Assembly (NCBI RefSeq): GCF_011045215.1
Contig: NZ_CP049201.1
DNA: 64,000 bases
DNA from: Escherichia coli
Lineage (GTDB): Bacteria; Pseudomonadota; Gammaproteobacteria; Enterobacterales; Enterobacteriaceae
Direction: 5' to 3' (one strand)
Below the pieces are notes generated by a model, which made no database searches, was not told the DNA's origin, and was given only the letters and a program-made list of their open reading frames with translations. The translations under genes were made by a program, and so were the position numbers. This document shows positions 10,804 to 22,186 of the stretch, piece by piece (positions within the stretch are counted from its first letter, which is position 1; each line of letters opens with the position of its first letter).

Positions 10804-11114
10804 ATTTTTATCCTTGAATTGTGAAATATTCTTCTAAATTTAAAATAATCAGGGGGTGGGGAAAGATAAGCTTTGCACAGAAACTTATCTTTTAACATTA
10901 CAACACCCGGTAATCATTTTATTTCTCTAAGCATGATTATGGGTTTAAGTATAATGCAATATATATTGTATTTTAGACGCGCAATAGGAAGGTGCTATCA
11001 AAAATCGCTCATTTTGTGGATGGGAAATATTTCACGGCAGGCGAGATATTTACTACAACTTCCTTCATGCAGGATTATGCGCAGCCAATTATCCGGTTGG
11101 TATATTTAAAGATC

Positions 11115-11377
11115 CTATTGCCTGGTTGACGCTTCTGCATCGTAATGCACCACGCACTGCCAGTCGCTGCCCTGCTGGCAATATATCGCTTCGGTTTGCC
11201 CAGGGATCACCCATTGTATTTCCTCGCCGGGGGGACAGGTCAGCCAAATGCATAACCCGCAGCCGCCGCGTAAATCACGGGGAATATCGCTGACGCGAAA
11301 AGTCATGCCCGCTGCCTGCAACGCCTTGCGGGTTTGTATGACGCCGACCGTGGAGTGAAATAAAAATAAAAACTCTT

Positions 11378-11381
<4 letters not shown>
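11115..11381 (-). CDS. Small Cys-containing hypothetical protein, possibly translationally coupled to yjiL
   Basis: 88-aa ORF whose start overlaps the yjiL stop by 4 bp (ATGA arrangement); contains a GGCGLC motif; function unknown. Confidence 0.5.
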
Positions 11382-12148
<767 letters not shown>

Positions 12149-12154
12149 TACTCC

Positions 12155-13306
12155 TTACAGCATCTCAATAAAGGCCGCGACACGGGTACTGAGCTGCCCA
12201 ACATCCGAGGTGGAGTAGTCTGTTTCAATAGCGATATAAGGAATGTTGTGCTGCTGACGCACATGACGTTTAATCGCCAGCGATTCCACCGCGTAGGTAT
12301 GGCACGCCTGCAAAATCACATCAACTACGCCATCGACCTGATATTCTTCCACCATCTGGCTGAGCATTTTCAGGCGCTGATCGTTCGGCGAAACACAGGA
12401 GCAGCCAATCGCCAGATATTTATCCGCCAGCGCGTCGTAGACATCGCCCGTTTCTGCCACGCATTGCTCGGTCGCTTTCGCCCCGGTGCAGTTTTCATAA
12501 CCGACAACCCAGCCGCCATTCTCTTCAATCGCGCGCACCACTTTCTCTGCTGCGCCGCCAATCGGGCAGCCGGTGATTAAAATGCGCGGACGCGGGTCCA
12601 GTCGCTGGCCTTCTTCCCACTGCTGACGAATGCGGGCGGTCATCGCGTCCAGTTCATTGATCAACGCCTCTTTATCGAACCGGAAGGTTGCGCCGTAAAC
12701 CACTTTCAGAATGTCGCTGCCGCTAAGCGCCGGAGGATTTAACTGCCCAAGATGATAAAAATTGGCCAGTGCGCGACGTTCGCGGTTTTTCAGCGCAATG
12801 GCATCGCGCAGAGCATCTTCGCTAATCTCGTGCCCAAAACGTTTTTCTACCGTTTTTTGCAAGCGCAGCATCTCGGCTTTCCATAATGCACGCGAGGCAC
12901 CGTCCTTAACGCTGTTCGGCAACTGCATCACATGAACGGGCTTAAATTCCGCCATGTATTCATACATTTTCTTTTTGCCGTCGCAGGTGGTTTCACCGAC
13001 CACCAGATCCGAAAAGTAGAAGTAGGGGCATTTATCGGTTTTGCCAAAGCCGTAGCTGCTTTTAATCAGCGGGCAGAGGTTGCGCGGCAGATCTTTCTCC
13101 GCTTCTTCAATGGTTTCATCAGAGGTGGAACAGAGCGAAACCACAACCGCACCGGCTGCCATCGGGATCTCTTGCGGCATAAAGGTGCAGTAAGTGCCAA
13201 CCAGCGGAATGCCGCGCTCCTTGAGATCCATGACGGTGAGAAAGCCTTTCTGGCGAGCTTCAGAGAACTGATCGAAAATGGCGGGTAGATCGGTGACAAG
13301 TGACAT
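12155..13306 (-). CDS. yjiM: 2-hydroxyglutaryl-CoA dehydratase D-component-like protein
   Basis: ORF 12155..13327; start trimmed to the internal Met (MSLVTDLPAIF) to give the 383-aa length I recall for K-12 YjiM. Confidence 0.75.
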   Translation of the reverse strand: MSLVTDLPAIFDQFSEARQKGFLTVMDLKERGIPLVGTYCTFMPQEIPMAAGAVVVSLCSTSDETIEEAEKDLPRNLCPLIKSSYGFGKTDKCPYFYFSDLVVGETTCDGKKKMYEYMAEFKPVHVMQLPNSVKDGASRALWKAEMLRLQKTVEKRFGHEISEDALRDAIALKNRERRALANFYHLGQLNPPALSGSDILKVVYGATFRFDKEALINELDAMTARIRQQWEEGQRLDPRPRILITGCPIGGAAEKVVRAIEENGGWVVGYENCTGAKATEQCVAETGDVYDALADKYLAIGCSCVSPNDQRLKMLSQMVEEYQVDGVVDVILQACHTYAVESLAIKRHVRQQHNIPYIAIETDYSTSDVGQLSTRVAAFIEML

Positions 13307-13421
13307 GATTTTCCTTCCCCGTACCACGGGAGATAATGAAAAGAGGCCACATTATTACCATTCTTTTAGTATGGTTTATTTGATCTCTCTCGCGGTTAGC
13401 CACTTAGTTTTTCATGGATTT

Positions 13422-14702
13422 CTAAAAATTGCCGAGGGGGAACAAGGCCGGGAGCTGCGACAGCAAATATAAAATTAGCCCAATACAACCGCCAACCAGC
13501 GTACCGTTGACACGAATAAACTGCAGATCTTTGCCGATATTTAACTCTATTTGCCGCGACATATCCCGGGCATCCCAGCTTTTTACCGTATCGCTGATGT
13601 GGCGCGTCAGGAATGCGGAAAACTCAGGCGCGACGCGGTGCGCGGCTTGTTCCAGGTGACCATTTAACGACGCCCGCAAGGCATCATCGGCAATTAACGT
13701 TTCGCCAAACCATTGACCCGCCCGCGCGATACGTTCTTTCACACGAGAATCTTCACTGTTGATATCCGCTTTCAGCCATTCCCGTAAATCCCCCCACAAT
13801 TCACTGAGATAGCGGTTAAAGGCTTCATCCTCTTTCAGATAGCTTTTTACGGCATCAGCTCGCGCTGCCATTTCAGGATCGTTTTTCAACTTGTCGATCA
13901 GGGCAAAAGTGGCGCGATCAAACGCATGGCGGATCTGATGTGCACGATCGCGGCTGATATCGTCAAGCAAAGAATTCACCGCGTCAGAAACCAATTCCGC
14001 GCTATGTTCGCCCAGCCATTCGGTGGGGAGAATTTTGGCTTTCAGTGGATGCTCACTCTCCAGCCAGCGAACAATCTGCTGGGCGATAAACTTGCGCGAT
14101 TTATCGCGCTGGAGAAGGGCGATCAACTGTGCGATCAGCGTATCCAGCAGCACCTGATGACGATCGTTTTTGGTCATACTCTCCAGCATCAACGCACTGG
14201 TGCCGGAAAGATCGACCTTATCAATCGCCCGATGGACTGCGCGCTTAAGCAGGCGCTGAATACGCGCATCATCGGTCAGTTCAAGAAAACCACTCATGAT
14301 CTGCAACAGATGCTGACCAACGCGGCGGGCGTTTTCTGGCTGGCTAAACCAGTTGCCAATCAGCAACGCCGGTTCGTGGCGTCGAATCAATGCCACCAGC
14401 GACTGGGTATCGAGAAATTTTTCCTGCACGAACTGACCGAGATTTTCGCCAATCCGGTCTTTATTACGCGGGATAATCGCCGTATGACGAGAAATGATCG
14501 GAATCGGCACGCGGCGAAACAGCGCCACCACCGCAAACCAGTCCGCCAGCGCGCCGACCATCGCCGCTTCAGCAATCGCCTTCACGCCGCTCACCCAAAA
14601 ATTGGGCGGCAAAAACAGCGTAACGACAAAGGTAGCAGCGGCGATAAGCAGTAAAGAGAGCGCCAACATTTTGGCGCGTCTGAGTTCAATGAGTTTATTC
14701 AT
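13422..14702 (-). CDS. yjiN: DUF445-family inner membrane protein
   Basis: ORF 13422..14834; start trimmed to [19 protein letters not shown]... giving 426 aa; N-terminal TM helices. Confidence 0.75.
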   Translation of the reverse strand: MNKLIELRRAKMLALSLLLIAAATFVVTLFLPPNFWVSGVKAIAEAAMVGALADWFAVVALFRRVPIPIISRHTAIIPRNKDRIGENLGQFVQEKFLDTQSLVALIRRHEPALLIGNWFSQPENARRVGQHLLQIMSGFLELTDDARIQRLLKRAVHRAIDKVDLSGTSALMLESMTKNDRHQVLLDTLIAQLIALLQRDKSRKFIAQQIVRWLESEHPLKAKILPTEWLGEHSAELVSDAVNSLLDDISRDRAHQIRHAFDRATFALIDKLKNDPEMAARADAVKSYLKEDEAFNRYLSELWGDLREWLKADINSEDSRVKERIARAGQWFGETLIADDALRASLNGHLEQAAHRVAPEFSAFLTRHISDTVKSWDARDMSRQIELNIGKDLQFIRVNGTLVGGCIGLILYLLSQLPALFPLGNF

Positions 14703-14742
14703 AACGTTAAGAATAGAGCCTGACGGCAGGATCGCGCAAAAA

Positions 14743-15975
14743 TCACCGCTCCTCCGCCAGCTCGGCAGCCTGATGTTGGCGCACGCGATTAAGCAATCCG
14801 GCCAGGGTGAAAACGACGATAACGCCTGCCACAACGGCTAACAGATGAAACGGCAAGCGACCGCCGTTAAACCACAGCCAGCGGCCAATTTCGACCGAGA
14901 CAGACATCACCATCAGGATCACCATATTCAGCGATGCGGAGACGGTCCCTTTCGGTAAGTTATTGGAAAAAAGCGTAAAGCGGAATAAGGTCGGGAAGAT
15001 CAAACCAATCCCGAAAGCAAACAAACTGGTGCCCAGCACCGACCACAGCCAGACGTGCGGTGACAGCAGGTTGCCGATAATCAACAGCGCGAGGCCAACC
15101 AGTTGAATGGGTACGGCACGCCAGATAAAGCGCGGTTCGGTCGGATCTTTAACGAAACGCGCCACGATGGCATTCGCGACAATCACCGCGCCGAACACCG
15201 GAACCTGTGTCCAGGCGAACTGCGAGGTCGTTAAGCCGCCTGCGTCAATCAGGATCACCGGCGAGACAGCCACCCAACTCATCATGGGGATATAGCTTAA
15301 AGAGATGGTTGCTGCGCCAAAGAGGAACAGCCGATTGCAAAAGACATTACGAAAATCGCGCAAGACGCTTTTGGCGCTAAATGGAACCGCGCCGCGCTTC
15401 ACCGTCTCTGGCATCGCCAGCAGTAAGCCAACAAATGAGATAAAACCCATAACCGCAATGATGGCAAAAAGGACTTTCCAGTGCACAAAGTGCATCAGAG
15501 CTGCGCCGGAAAGCGGGCCAATAATCGGCGCAATCAGTACGATGGAGGTGATAATCGCCATCAACTTGATCCCTTTTGTCTGTCCGAACGCCTCCTGCAC
15601 CGTGACATAACCAACGGTAGCAATAAAACAGATACTGGTGCCCTGAATTGCACGCGCGATAAGAAACTGTGTCATAGACGTTGTGAACATTGTCGCGGCG
15701 CAGGCAAGGGTAAATATTAGCGCCCCGGTAATCAGCACCGGCCTGCGGCCAATCCTGTCGGAAAGCGGCCCCAGCAGCCACTGTAACGCCATACCGCCCG
15801 CGAGATAGAGACTGACGGCTGCCGGGGCCAGACTGACATCGGCATTAAAATCACGGACCACATTAATGATCCCCGGCTGGATCAGGTCCGTCGACAGATA
15901 GGCGGCAAAGTCATACAAAATCAACGCCATCGGGAAAAACAGCGTAGCGGCATGGCGGGCAAAAAAACGTGGCAT
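14743..15975 (-). CDS. mdtM: Multidrug efflux MFS transporter
   Basis: ORF 14743..15984; start trimmed to [23 protein letters not shown]... (410 aa), matching my memory of MdtM. Confidence 0.85.
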   Translation of the reverse strand: MPRFFARHAATLFFPMALILYDFAAYLSTDLIQPGIINVVRDFNADVSLAPAAVSLYLAGGMALQWLLGPLSDRIGRRPVLITGALIFTLACAATMFTTSMTQFLIARAIQGTSICFIATVGYVTVQEAFGQTKGIKLMAIITSIVLIAPIIGPLSGAALMHFVHWKVLFAIIAVMGFISFVGLLLAMPETVKRGAVPFSAKSVLRDFRNVFCNRLFLFGAATISLSYIPMMSWVAVSPVILIDAGGLTTSQFAWTQVPVFGAVIVANAIVARFVKDPTEPRFIWRAVPIQLVGLALLIIGNLLSPHVWLWSVLGTSLFAFGIGLIFPTLFRFTLFSNNLPKGTVSASLNMVILMVMSVSVEIGRWLWFNGGRLPFHLLAVVAGVIVVFTLAGLLNRVRQHQAAELAEER

Positions 15976-16441
15976 AACAAACAACTCCTTGTCCGGAGAA
16001 CCCCAACGGGGAAAACGAAATTCAATACCGTCGGTAATGACGAAAGGCAGGCGAGAAGGGCAAATGTACTGAATTTCATGTAATCAATCACACTGCCTGT
16101 GAACACACAGACAGAGAAATACCTTCTGACTCCAGGTCAGAATGTATAACGATTACAAATAGTCATCAGCACATTACACCTCTTGAATTGATGGGTTGCA
16201 TAGAAAATATACACCTTAAGTGTAATTAAAATTTGCGGTTAATCAAAAGAGCGCGGTGGAAAGGGGAATATCTGCCGGGTACAGGAAATGTAAAACGCGA
16301 GCCTGTTTCCGGAAAAATGTATCGTTTGCAGACGAACAAAAATAGCCTGGAAAGCGCCTCGGGGAACGGGAAATTGCCGGGTGAGAATGGTTTTGTTAGT
16401 CGCTAAAGTCGGGCCATCTTATCAACAGGTGACGGATCGCC

Positions 16442-17385
16442 ATGACAAACTTCACGACCAGCACGCCGCATGACGCATTATTTAAATCTTTTCTCATGCA
16501 CCCTGACACCGCGCGGGATTTTATGGAGATCCACTTACCCAAAGATTTACGTGAACTGTGCGATCTCGACAGCTTAAAACTGGAATCCGCCAGCTTTGTC
16601 GATGAAAAATTGCGGGCGCTACACTCCGATATTCTGTGGTCGGTAAAGACCCGGGAAGGCGATGGCTATATCTATGTGGTGATTGAACATCAGAGCCGTG
16701 AGGATATTCATATGGCCTTTCGCCTGATGCGCTATTCCATGGCAGTGATGCAGCGCCATATAGAGCATGATAAACGCGGTTGCTACCGCTGGTCATCCCG
16801 ATGCTGTTTTATCACGGTAGCCGTAGTCCTTATCCCTGGTCCCTGTGCTGGCTGGACGAATTTGCCGACCCGACTACTGCACGGAAAGTTTATACTGCAG
16901 CGTTCCCGCTGGTGGATGTCACTGTCGTGCCAGACGACGAGATTGTGCAGCACCGCAGAGTCGCCCTGTTGGAGTTGATCCAAAAGCATATTCGCCAGCG
17001 CGATCTGATGGGGCTTATCGATCAACTGGTAATATTACTGGTTACAGAGTGTGCTAATGACAGCCAGATAACTGCGCTGTTAAATTACATTTTACTGACT
17101 GGCGATGAAGCGCGTTTTAATGAGTTTATCAGTGAACTTACCCGTCGAATGCCACAACAAAGGGAGCGAATAATGACGATTGCAGAGCGAATTCATAATG
17201 ATGGATGGCTGTTAGGGATGGAAAAGGGGAAAGAAGAAGGGGAACAACGCCTCCTTAGATTGCTTTTGCAGAACGGTGCGGATCCTGAATGGATACAACG
17301 ATATACTGGACTTTCGGCAGAGCAAATGCAGGCATTAGAGCAACCCTTGCCTGAAAGCAAGCGCGATCCATGGATCGAGTACTAA
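16442..17385 (+). pseudogene. rpnD: Rpn (YhgA-like, transposase_31 / PD-(D/E)XK) recombination-promoting nuclease, interrupted by a frameshift
   Basis: Two overlapping ORFs (16442..16978 and 16780..17385) in different frames together span an Rpn-family protein; the N-terminal part ([19 protein letters not shown]...YVVIEHQSR) continues in the second frame ([27 protein letters not shown]) after a frame change near 16775-16800. Confidence 0.7.
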
Positions 17386-17473
17386 TCAGAGACTGATGAC
17401 AAACGCAAAGCTGCCTGATGTGCTACGCTTATCAGACCTACATTACCTCTGCAATCTATTGAATTTGCGCGAT

Positions 17474-17510
17474 TTGTAAGCCGGATAAGGCGTTCACGCC
17501 GCATCCGGTA
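17474..17510. repeat. REP (repetitive extragenic palindromic) element
   Basis: gccggataaggcgttcacgccgcatccgg-type palindrome. Confidence 0.8.
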
Positions 17511-17626
17511 TGAACAAAGCACACTTTGCCTAAGCCATGCTGGAACGTGGCGATGCCCCTGCAAAGATAAAACGAGTCACAGGCGATTCGTGAGAGGAAA
17601 TCAGGGGCCTCGCCACTAATTCGAAT

Positions 17627-19039
17627 TCATTCCATTGCCTGATACACGGCCTCGCCAATTTGCTTCAGTGCTTCGCGATAGGTTTCGCTGAGCGGCAAAG
17701 CGCAGTTGATACGTAGACAATTACGGTATTTGCCGGAAGCCGAGAAAATCGAGCCTGCCGCCACCTGGATTTTCATGCGGTACAGCTGCCGCGCGACGCA
17801 GACCATATCGACCTGTTCAGGCAATTCTATCCACAGTAAAAATCCGCCTTTCGGGCGCGTAATACAGATTTCGCAGGGAAAATATTCCCGTATCCAGCAG
17901 GTATAAAGCGCCAAATTGCGCTGATAGATCTGCCGCATCCGCCGGATATGGCGATGATAGTGACCTTCCAGCACAAACGTTGCCGCCGCCATTTGCGTGG
18001 ACGGTACATTAAAGCTGCTGATGGCGTATTTCATATGCAGCAGTTTATCGTGATAACGCCCCGGTGCGACCCAACCCACGCGCAGGCCTGGTGCAATACT
18101 TTTACTGAACGAGCTGCACAACAGCACTCGCCCGTCGATATCCCAGGAATGAATGGTCCGCGGGCGCGGATACTCCGTTGCCAGTTCGCCGTAGACATCA
18201 TCTTCAAAAATCACAATATCATGACGCTGAGCGAGAGAGAGAACGGCCCGTTTGCGCGCGTCCGGCATAATAAATCCCAGCGGATTATTACAGTTTGGCA
18301 CCAGAATGATGCCTTTAATCGGCCACTGTTCCAGCGCCAGTTCCAGCGCTTCAACGCTGATGCCTGTTTCTGGATCGGTTGGGATTTCAATCACTTTCAC
18401 GCCCATGCCGCGCAGCATCTGCATCGAACCGTAATAACAGGGGGATTCGACCGCGACAATATCGCCCGGTTTACACACCGCCATTAACGCCAGCGACATC
18501 GAGTTATGGCAGCCGCTGGTGATAATGATGTCATCGGCGGTGACCACCGAGCCGCTGTCGAGCATCAGGCGGGCAATCTGCTCTCGCAACACTCGCTGAC
18601 CGGCTAACAAGTCATAACCGAGAACGGTTTGTAGATTATGCTGCACCACCCGGCTTAGCTCCCGCCAGAGTGGTTTCAGGCTGGGCGTTTCGACATCCGG
18701 CGTGCTTTTGCTTAACGGAACAATGGAACTGTCGCTATGCGCCTCCAGCATATCCAGTACCTGATCCCACTGAGTAATTTCCACCGGGCGCTGCACCGGA
18801 CGCGTCATCGGCGGCACTGGCGGTTGGGCTTTCCGTTGTGCGACAAAATAACCCGAACGCGGCTGCGGAGTGATGAGCTTCATCGTCTCCAGCGTCTGGT
18901 ACGCCTGCTGCACGGTGCTGATGCTGACGCCGTGCTCCTGACTTAAGCTGCGCACCGACGGCAATTTCTCCCCGTGACGATACAGCCCTTGCTCAATCCG
19001 CTCGGCAAGTAGAGTCGCCAGATGTTGATAACGCGTCAT
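17627..19039 (-). CDS. yjiR: MocR-type regulator (GntR-family HTH fused to PLP-dependent aminotransferase-like domain)
   Basis: 470-aa ORF; N-terminal wHTH, C-terminal fold-type I aminotransferase-like region; synteny. Confidence 0.85.
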   Translation of the reverse strand: MTRYQHLATLLAERIEQGLYRHGEKLPSVRSLSQEHGVSISTVQQAYQTLETMKLITPQPRSGYFVAQRKAQPPVPPMTRPVQRPVEITQWDQVLDMLEAHSDSSIVPLSKSTPDVETPSLKPLWRELSRVVQHNLQTVLGYDLLAGQRVLREQIARLMLDSGSVVTADDIIITSGCHNSMSLALMAVCKPGDIVAVESPCYYGSMQMLRGMGVKVIEIPTDPETGISVEALELALEQWPIKGIILVPNCNNPLGFIMPDARKRAVLSLAQRHDIVIFEDDVYGELATEYPRPRTIHSWDIDGRVLLCSSFSKSIAPGLRVGWVAPGRYHDKLLHMKYAISSFNVPSTQMAAATFVLEGHYHRHIRRMRQIYQRNLALYTCWIREYFPCEICITRPKGGFLLWIELPEQVDMVCVARQLYRMKIQVAAGSIFSASGKYRNCLRINCALPLSETYREALKQIGEAVYQAME

Positions 19040-19215
19040 GCTGTATTCCTTATTTGGACCATACAGAAAGAAAAACCGGTACAGATGAGGCTAAAAAACC
19101 GGATGCAGATTCTGTTTTAACCTGTCTGTATGTTAAATAAAACTAATATTTGCATCTGTATTGTGAACTGCCAGAAGGCGGATGATGAAGCCTCTGAAAG
19201 ATGAGGAGGCAGCAG

Positions 19216-19380
19216 ATGGAATTTTACGAAAACAAAGCCAAAACGCCGTTTATCAGACTTGTGCAACTCTGGCAGGCGGTGAGGCGTTGGCGGCGGCAAA
19301 TGCAGACCCGACGAGTGTTACAGCAGATGAGTGATGAGCGGTTGAGGGATATTGGGTTACGCAGGGAGGATGTGGAGTGA
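19216..19380 (+). CDS. yjiS: DUF1127-family small protein
   Basis: 54-aa ORF below the cutoff of the supplied track; I translated it by hand (MEFYENKAKTPFIRLVQLWQAVRRWRRQMQTRRVLQQMSDERLRDIGLRREDVE); RBS-like aggagg upstream. Confidence 0.7.
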   Translation: MEFYENKAKTPFIRLVQLWQAVRRWRRQMQTRRVLQQMSDERLRDIGLRREDVE

Positions 19381-19477
19381 TGGGGTATGTTCGTCGCGGA
19401 TAAACCGGATTTCGCTATAACCTTCACAAGGAAGTGGTTATTATTGCGTCATTATTGCTTCACGGAAGGACGCCAGG

Positions 19478-21571
19478 ATGAAAGCCACAGAGGCTCGCCT
19501 ACTCGATTTTTTAAAACGTTCGCAGCAGTTTGTTATTCCCATTTATCAACGCACTTATTCATGGACCGGGCAACAATGTCGGCAACTTTGGGACGACATC
19601 ATTCGTGCCGGAAAGCGTGACGATATATCAGCACATTTTATCGGTTCGGTTGTTTATATAGAGCAGGGATTGTATCAGGTTTCTGGTATTTCTCCGTTGC
19701 TGGTCATTGATGGTCAGCAGCGGCTGACGACCGCAATGTTGCTGATTGAGGCTTTATCGCGCCATCTTGGCGAAGACGAAGTTTTTGATGGCTTTTCGGC
19801 AATGAAATTGCGTAATTATTATTTGCTCAATCCTTATGAGTCCGGCGAGAAAGGTTTTAAATTACTGCTGACCGAGACTGATAAAGACAGTTTACTGGCG
19901 TTAATAAAACAAAGACCAATGCCAGAAAACTATTCCCATCGAATAATGGAAAACTTTACTTTCTTTGATGAACAAATTGCCAAACTCGGTGATGACTTGA
20001 TCCCCTTATGTCGTGGGTTAGCAAAGTTATTAATTGTCGATGTGGCGCTTAATCGTGGTCAGGATAATCCGCAACTGATTTTTGAAAGTATGAACTCTAC
20101 CGGTAAGGCGTTAAGTCAGGCCGATCTGGTGCGCAATTTTATTCTGATGGGCCTCGAACCAGAGCATCAAACCCGGTTGTATGAAGATCACTGGCGTCCA
20201 ATGGAAGTCGCTTTTGGTCAGCAAGGTTACAGCGAATATTTTGACAGTTTTATGCGTCATTATCTGACGGTAAAAACGGGGGAGATCCCTCGGACAGATG
20301 AAGTCTATGAGGCATTTAAACTCCATGCCCGCAGCCAGCGTGTTGCTGAAAAAGGCGTAGATCGGCTGGTTGAAGATATTCACATCTACGCGGAGTATTA
20401 CTGTGCAATGGCATTGGGAAAAGAAAGTGACAAATCGCTTGCTACGGCTTTTCAGGATTTGCGCGAGTTAAAGGTCGATGTGGCGTATCCTTTCTTACTG
20501 GCGCTTTATCATGACTATAAAAATGACGATTTGTCTCACGAAGATTTCCTGAGCATAATTCGTTTAATTGAATCTTATGTTTTCCGCCGTGCAGTATGTG
20601 CAATTCCGACAAATTCTTTGAACAAGACATTTGCCACTTTTTATAAAGTTATTAATAAAGAAAATTATCTGGAAAGTATTCAGGTACATTTTTTGAATCT
20701 ACCTTCATATCGTCGTTTCCCCAACGATGATGAATTTAAACGGGAATTAAAAGTTCGCGATCTCTATAACTTCCGCAGTCGCAGCTACTGGTTACGACGA
20801 CTGGAAAACGATAAACGCAGAGAGCGCGTAGAAGAGTTTACTATTGAGCATATTATGCCGCAGAACGAAAATTTGTCGGCTAAATGGCGTGAAGAGCTGG
20901 GAAGTGACTGGCAACGCATTCATAAAGAATTATTGCATACGTTGGGGGATCTCACTTTAACGCGCTATAACTCCCGCTACAGTGACAGACCTTTCGCGGA
21001 AAAACGCGATATTGAAGACGGCTTTAAACATAGCCCGCTCTATTTGAATATCGGTCTTGGACAGTGCGAAAAATGGGATGAAGCCGCCATTCATGCCCGA
21101 GCCGATCGTCTGGCCGATCTCGCGGTTCAGGTCTGGCAAGCGCCTTCTCTTCCTGAAGAGGTTTTGGCTGTTTATCGGGGACAGCCTGAAAACAAAACCA
21201 GTTACAGCCTGAGTGATTATCCTTTTCTTGCTGATGGTTCGCATAGCCGGGTGTTATTCGATCATCTTCGCGATGAAGTTATGCGCCTGGACGCAGGGAT
21301 CACGCAGGAAGTATTGAAGCTATATATTGCGTTTAAAGCTGAAACGAATTTTGTTGATGTTGTGCCGCAAAAAAGCCGACTGCGATTGTCGCTTAATATG
21401 CAGTTTCATGAACTGGTCGATCCGAAAGGTATTGCCAAAGATGTGACAAATGTTGGGCGCTGGGGCAATGGCGATGTGGAAATTGGTTTCAGTGACCTCG
21501 CACAACTTCCTTACGTTATGGGATTAATTCGTCAGGCATTTGAAAAACAGATGGAGAGCGCGTTGGTCTAA
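19478..21571 (+). CDS. DUF262 (ParB-like NTPase) / DUF1524 (His-Me finger) fusion nuclease, GmrSD-family-like; candidate type IV (modification-dependent) restriction enzyme
   Basis: 697-aa ORF. N-terminal motifs IPIYQRTYSW, LVIDGQQRLTT and FESMNSTGKALSQADLVRNF are DUF262 hallmarks; C-terminal half contains EHIMPQ and GDLTLT (DUF1524-like), followed by a ~170-aa tail with no motif I recognise. Occupies the position of mcrBC in the K-12 immigration control region. Confidence 0.75.
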   Translation: MKATEARLLDFLKRSQQFVIPIYQRTYSWTGQQCRQLWDDIIRAGKRDDISAHFIGSVVYIEQGLYQVSGISPLLVIDGQQRLTTAMLLIEALSRHLGEDEVFDGFSAMKLRNYYLLNPYESGEKGFKLLLTETDKDSLLALIKQRPMPENYSHRIMENFTFFDEQIAKLGDDLIPLCRGLAKLLIVDVALNRGQDNPQLIFESMNSTGKALSQADLVRNFILMGLEPEHQTRLYEDHWRPMEVAFGQQGYSEYFDSFMRHYLTVKTGEIPRTDEVYEAFKLHARSQRVAEKGVDRLVEDIHIYAEYYCAMALGKESDKSLATAFQDLRELKVDVAYPFLLALYHDYKNDDLSHEDFLSIIRLIESYVFRRAVCAIPTNSLNKTFATFYKVINKENYLESIQVHFLNLPSYRRFPNDDEFKRELKVRDLYNFRSRSYWLRRLENDKRRERVEEFTIEHIMPQNENLSAKWREELGSDWQRIHKELLHTLGDLTLTRYNSRYSDRPFAEKRDIEDGFKHSPLYLNIGLGQCEKWDEAAIHARADRLADLAVQVWQAPSLPEEVLAVYRGQPENKTSYSLSDYPFLADGSHSRVLFDHLRDEVMRLDAGITQEVLKLYIAFKAETNFVDVVPQKSRLRLSLNMQFHELVDPKGIAKDVTNVGRWGNGDVEIGFSDLAQLPYVMGLIRQAFEKQMESALV

Positions 21572-21585
21572 CACGGCGAATAATA

Positions 21586-21609
21586 CCCGGTAGCACTGGT
21601 GCTACCGGG
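21586..21609. terminator. Perfect palindrome (cccggtagcac/gtgctaccggg) between the convergent DUF262 gene and symE; likely bidirectional terminator
   Basis: Read directly in the sequence. Confidence 0.55.
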
Positions 21610-21617
21610 TCAATGTA

Positions 21618-21959
21618 TCAGGCAACTTTCTGTTTACCCGCAATCACTCCAATAAACTCCTGCACCTGCTTTTGTTTACGTGCCGACAGTTTGCACACCT
21701 GGCGTAGCGACTGCATCAGTTCGCTCTCTTCGGCGGTGGGTGGTTGGGCGGTGAGGACAATACAGCCTTCCATCACTTTGACATCTACCGCCGTGCCGGT
21801 GGCAAAACCGGCGGCTTCCAGCCACTGACCTTTCAGGGTGATGGCGGGAATACGGCTGTAATCCGGGTAGCGACTCGCATAACTCACGGTTAATTGACGG
21901 TTATTTGCCGGGGAGACTTCTGCTTCGAACGGTTGTGCAATAGAATGCGTGTCAGTCAT
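21618..21959 (-). CDS. symE: SOS-induced toxin-like protein SymE (type I TA system toxin)
   Basis: ORF 21618..22016 trimmed to [34 protein letters not shown]... (113 aa), matching my memory of SymE. Confidence 0.85.
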   Translation of the reverse strand: MTDTHSIAQPFEAEVSPANNRQLTVSYASRYPDYSRIPAITLKGQWLEAAGFATGTAVDVKVMEGCIVLTAQPPTAEESELMQSLRQVCKLSARKQKQVQEFIGVIAGKQKVA

Positions 21960-22030
21960 AACTGCTATTCTCCGATAATAGTGATTGTGATTAGCGGTGC
22001 GGGTGTGTTGGCGCACATCCGCACCGCGCT
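21954..22030 (+). ncRNA. symR: Probable SymR antisense sRNA overlapping the symE translation start (coordinates approximate)
   Basis: From established knowledge SymR is cis-encoded opposite the symE 5' end; a stem-loop (gcggtgcgg...ccgcaccgc) at ~21994-22030 on the plus strand could be its 3' structure. Ends not determined. Confidence 0.35.
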
Positions 22031-22034
22031 AAAT

Positions 22035-22054
22035 ACCTGGATATATCATCAGTA
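22035..22054. promoter_or_regulatory. LexA box (acCTGgatatatcatCAGta) in the symE promoter region
   Basis: CTG-N10-CAG with AT-rich centre, about 80 bp upstream of the symE start. Confidence 0.7.
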
Positions 22055-22186
22055 AATACAGGGAAAGTCCAGCTAAAAATAGAATAAAATAGGCAGTTTC
22101 TGGAATAATTTAAATATATTTGCGTGAGTTATGATTGGCATGAAATAATAAAAAGCGCACCGGAAAGGTGCGCCAGAAAATAATGA

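Noticed and set aside
13926-14654. 242-aa plus-strand ORF
   Set aside because: Antisense to yjiN; Arg/Gln-rich low-complexity product.
19224-19427. 67-aa minus-strand ORF
   Set aside because: Overlaps the better-supported 54-aa plus-strand yjiS (DUF1127), which has an RBS-like aggagg upstream.
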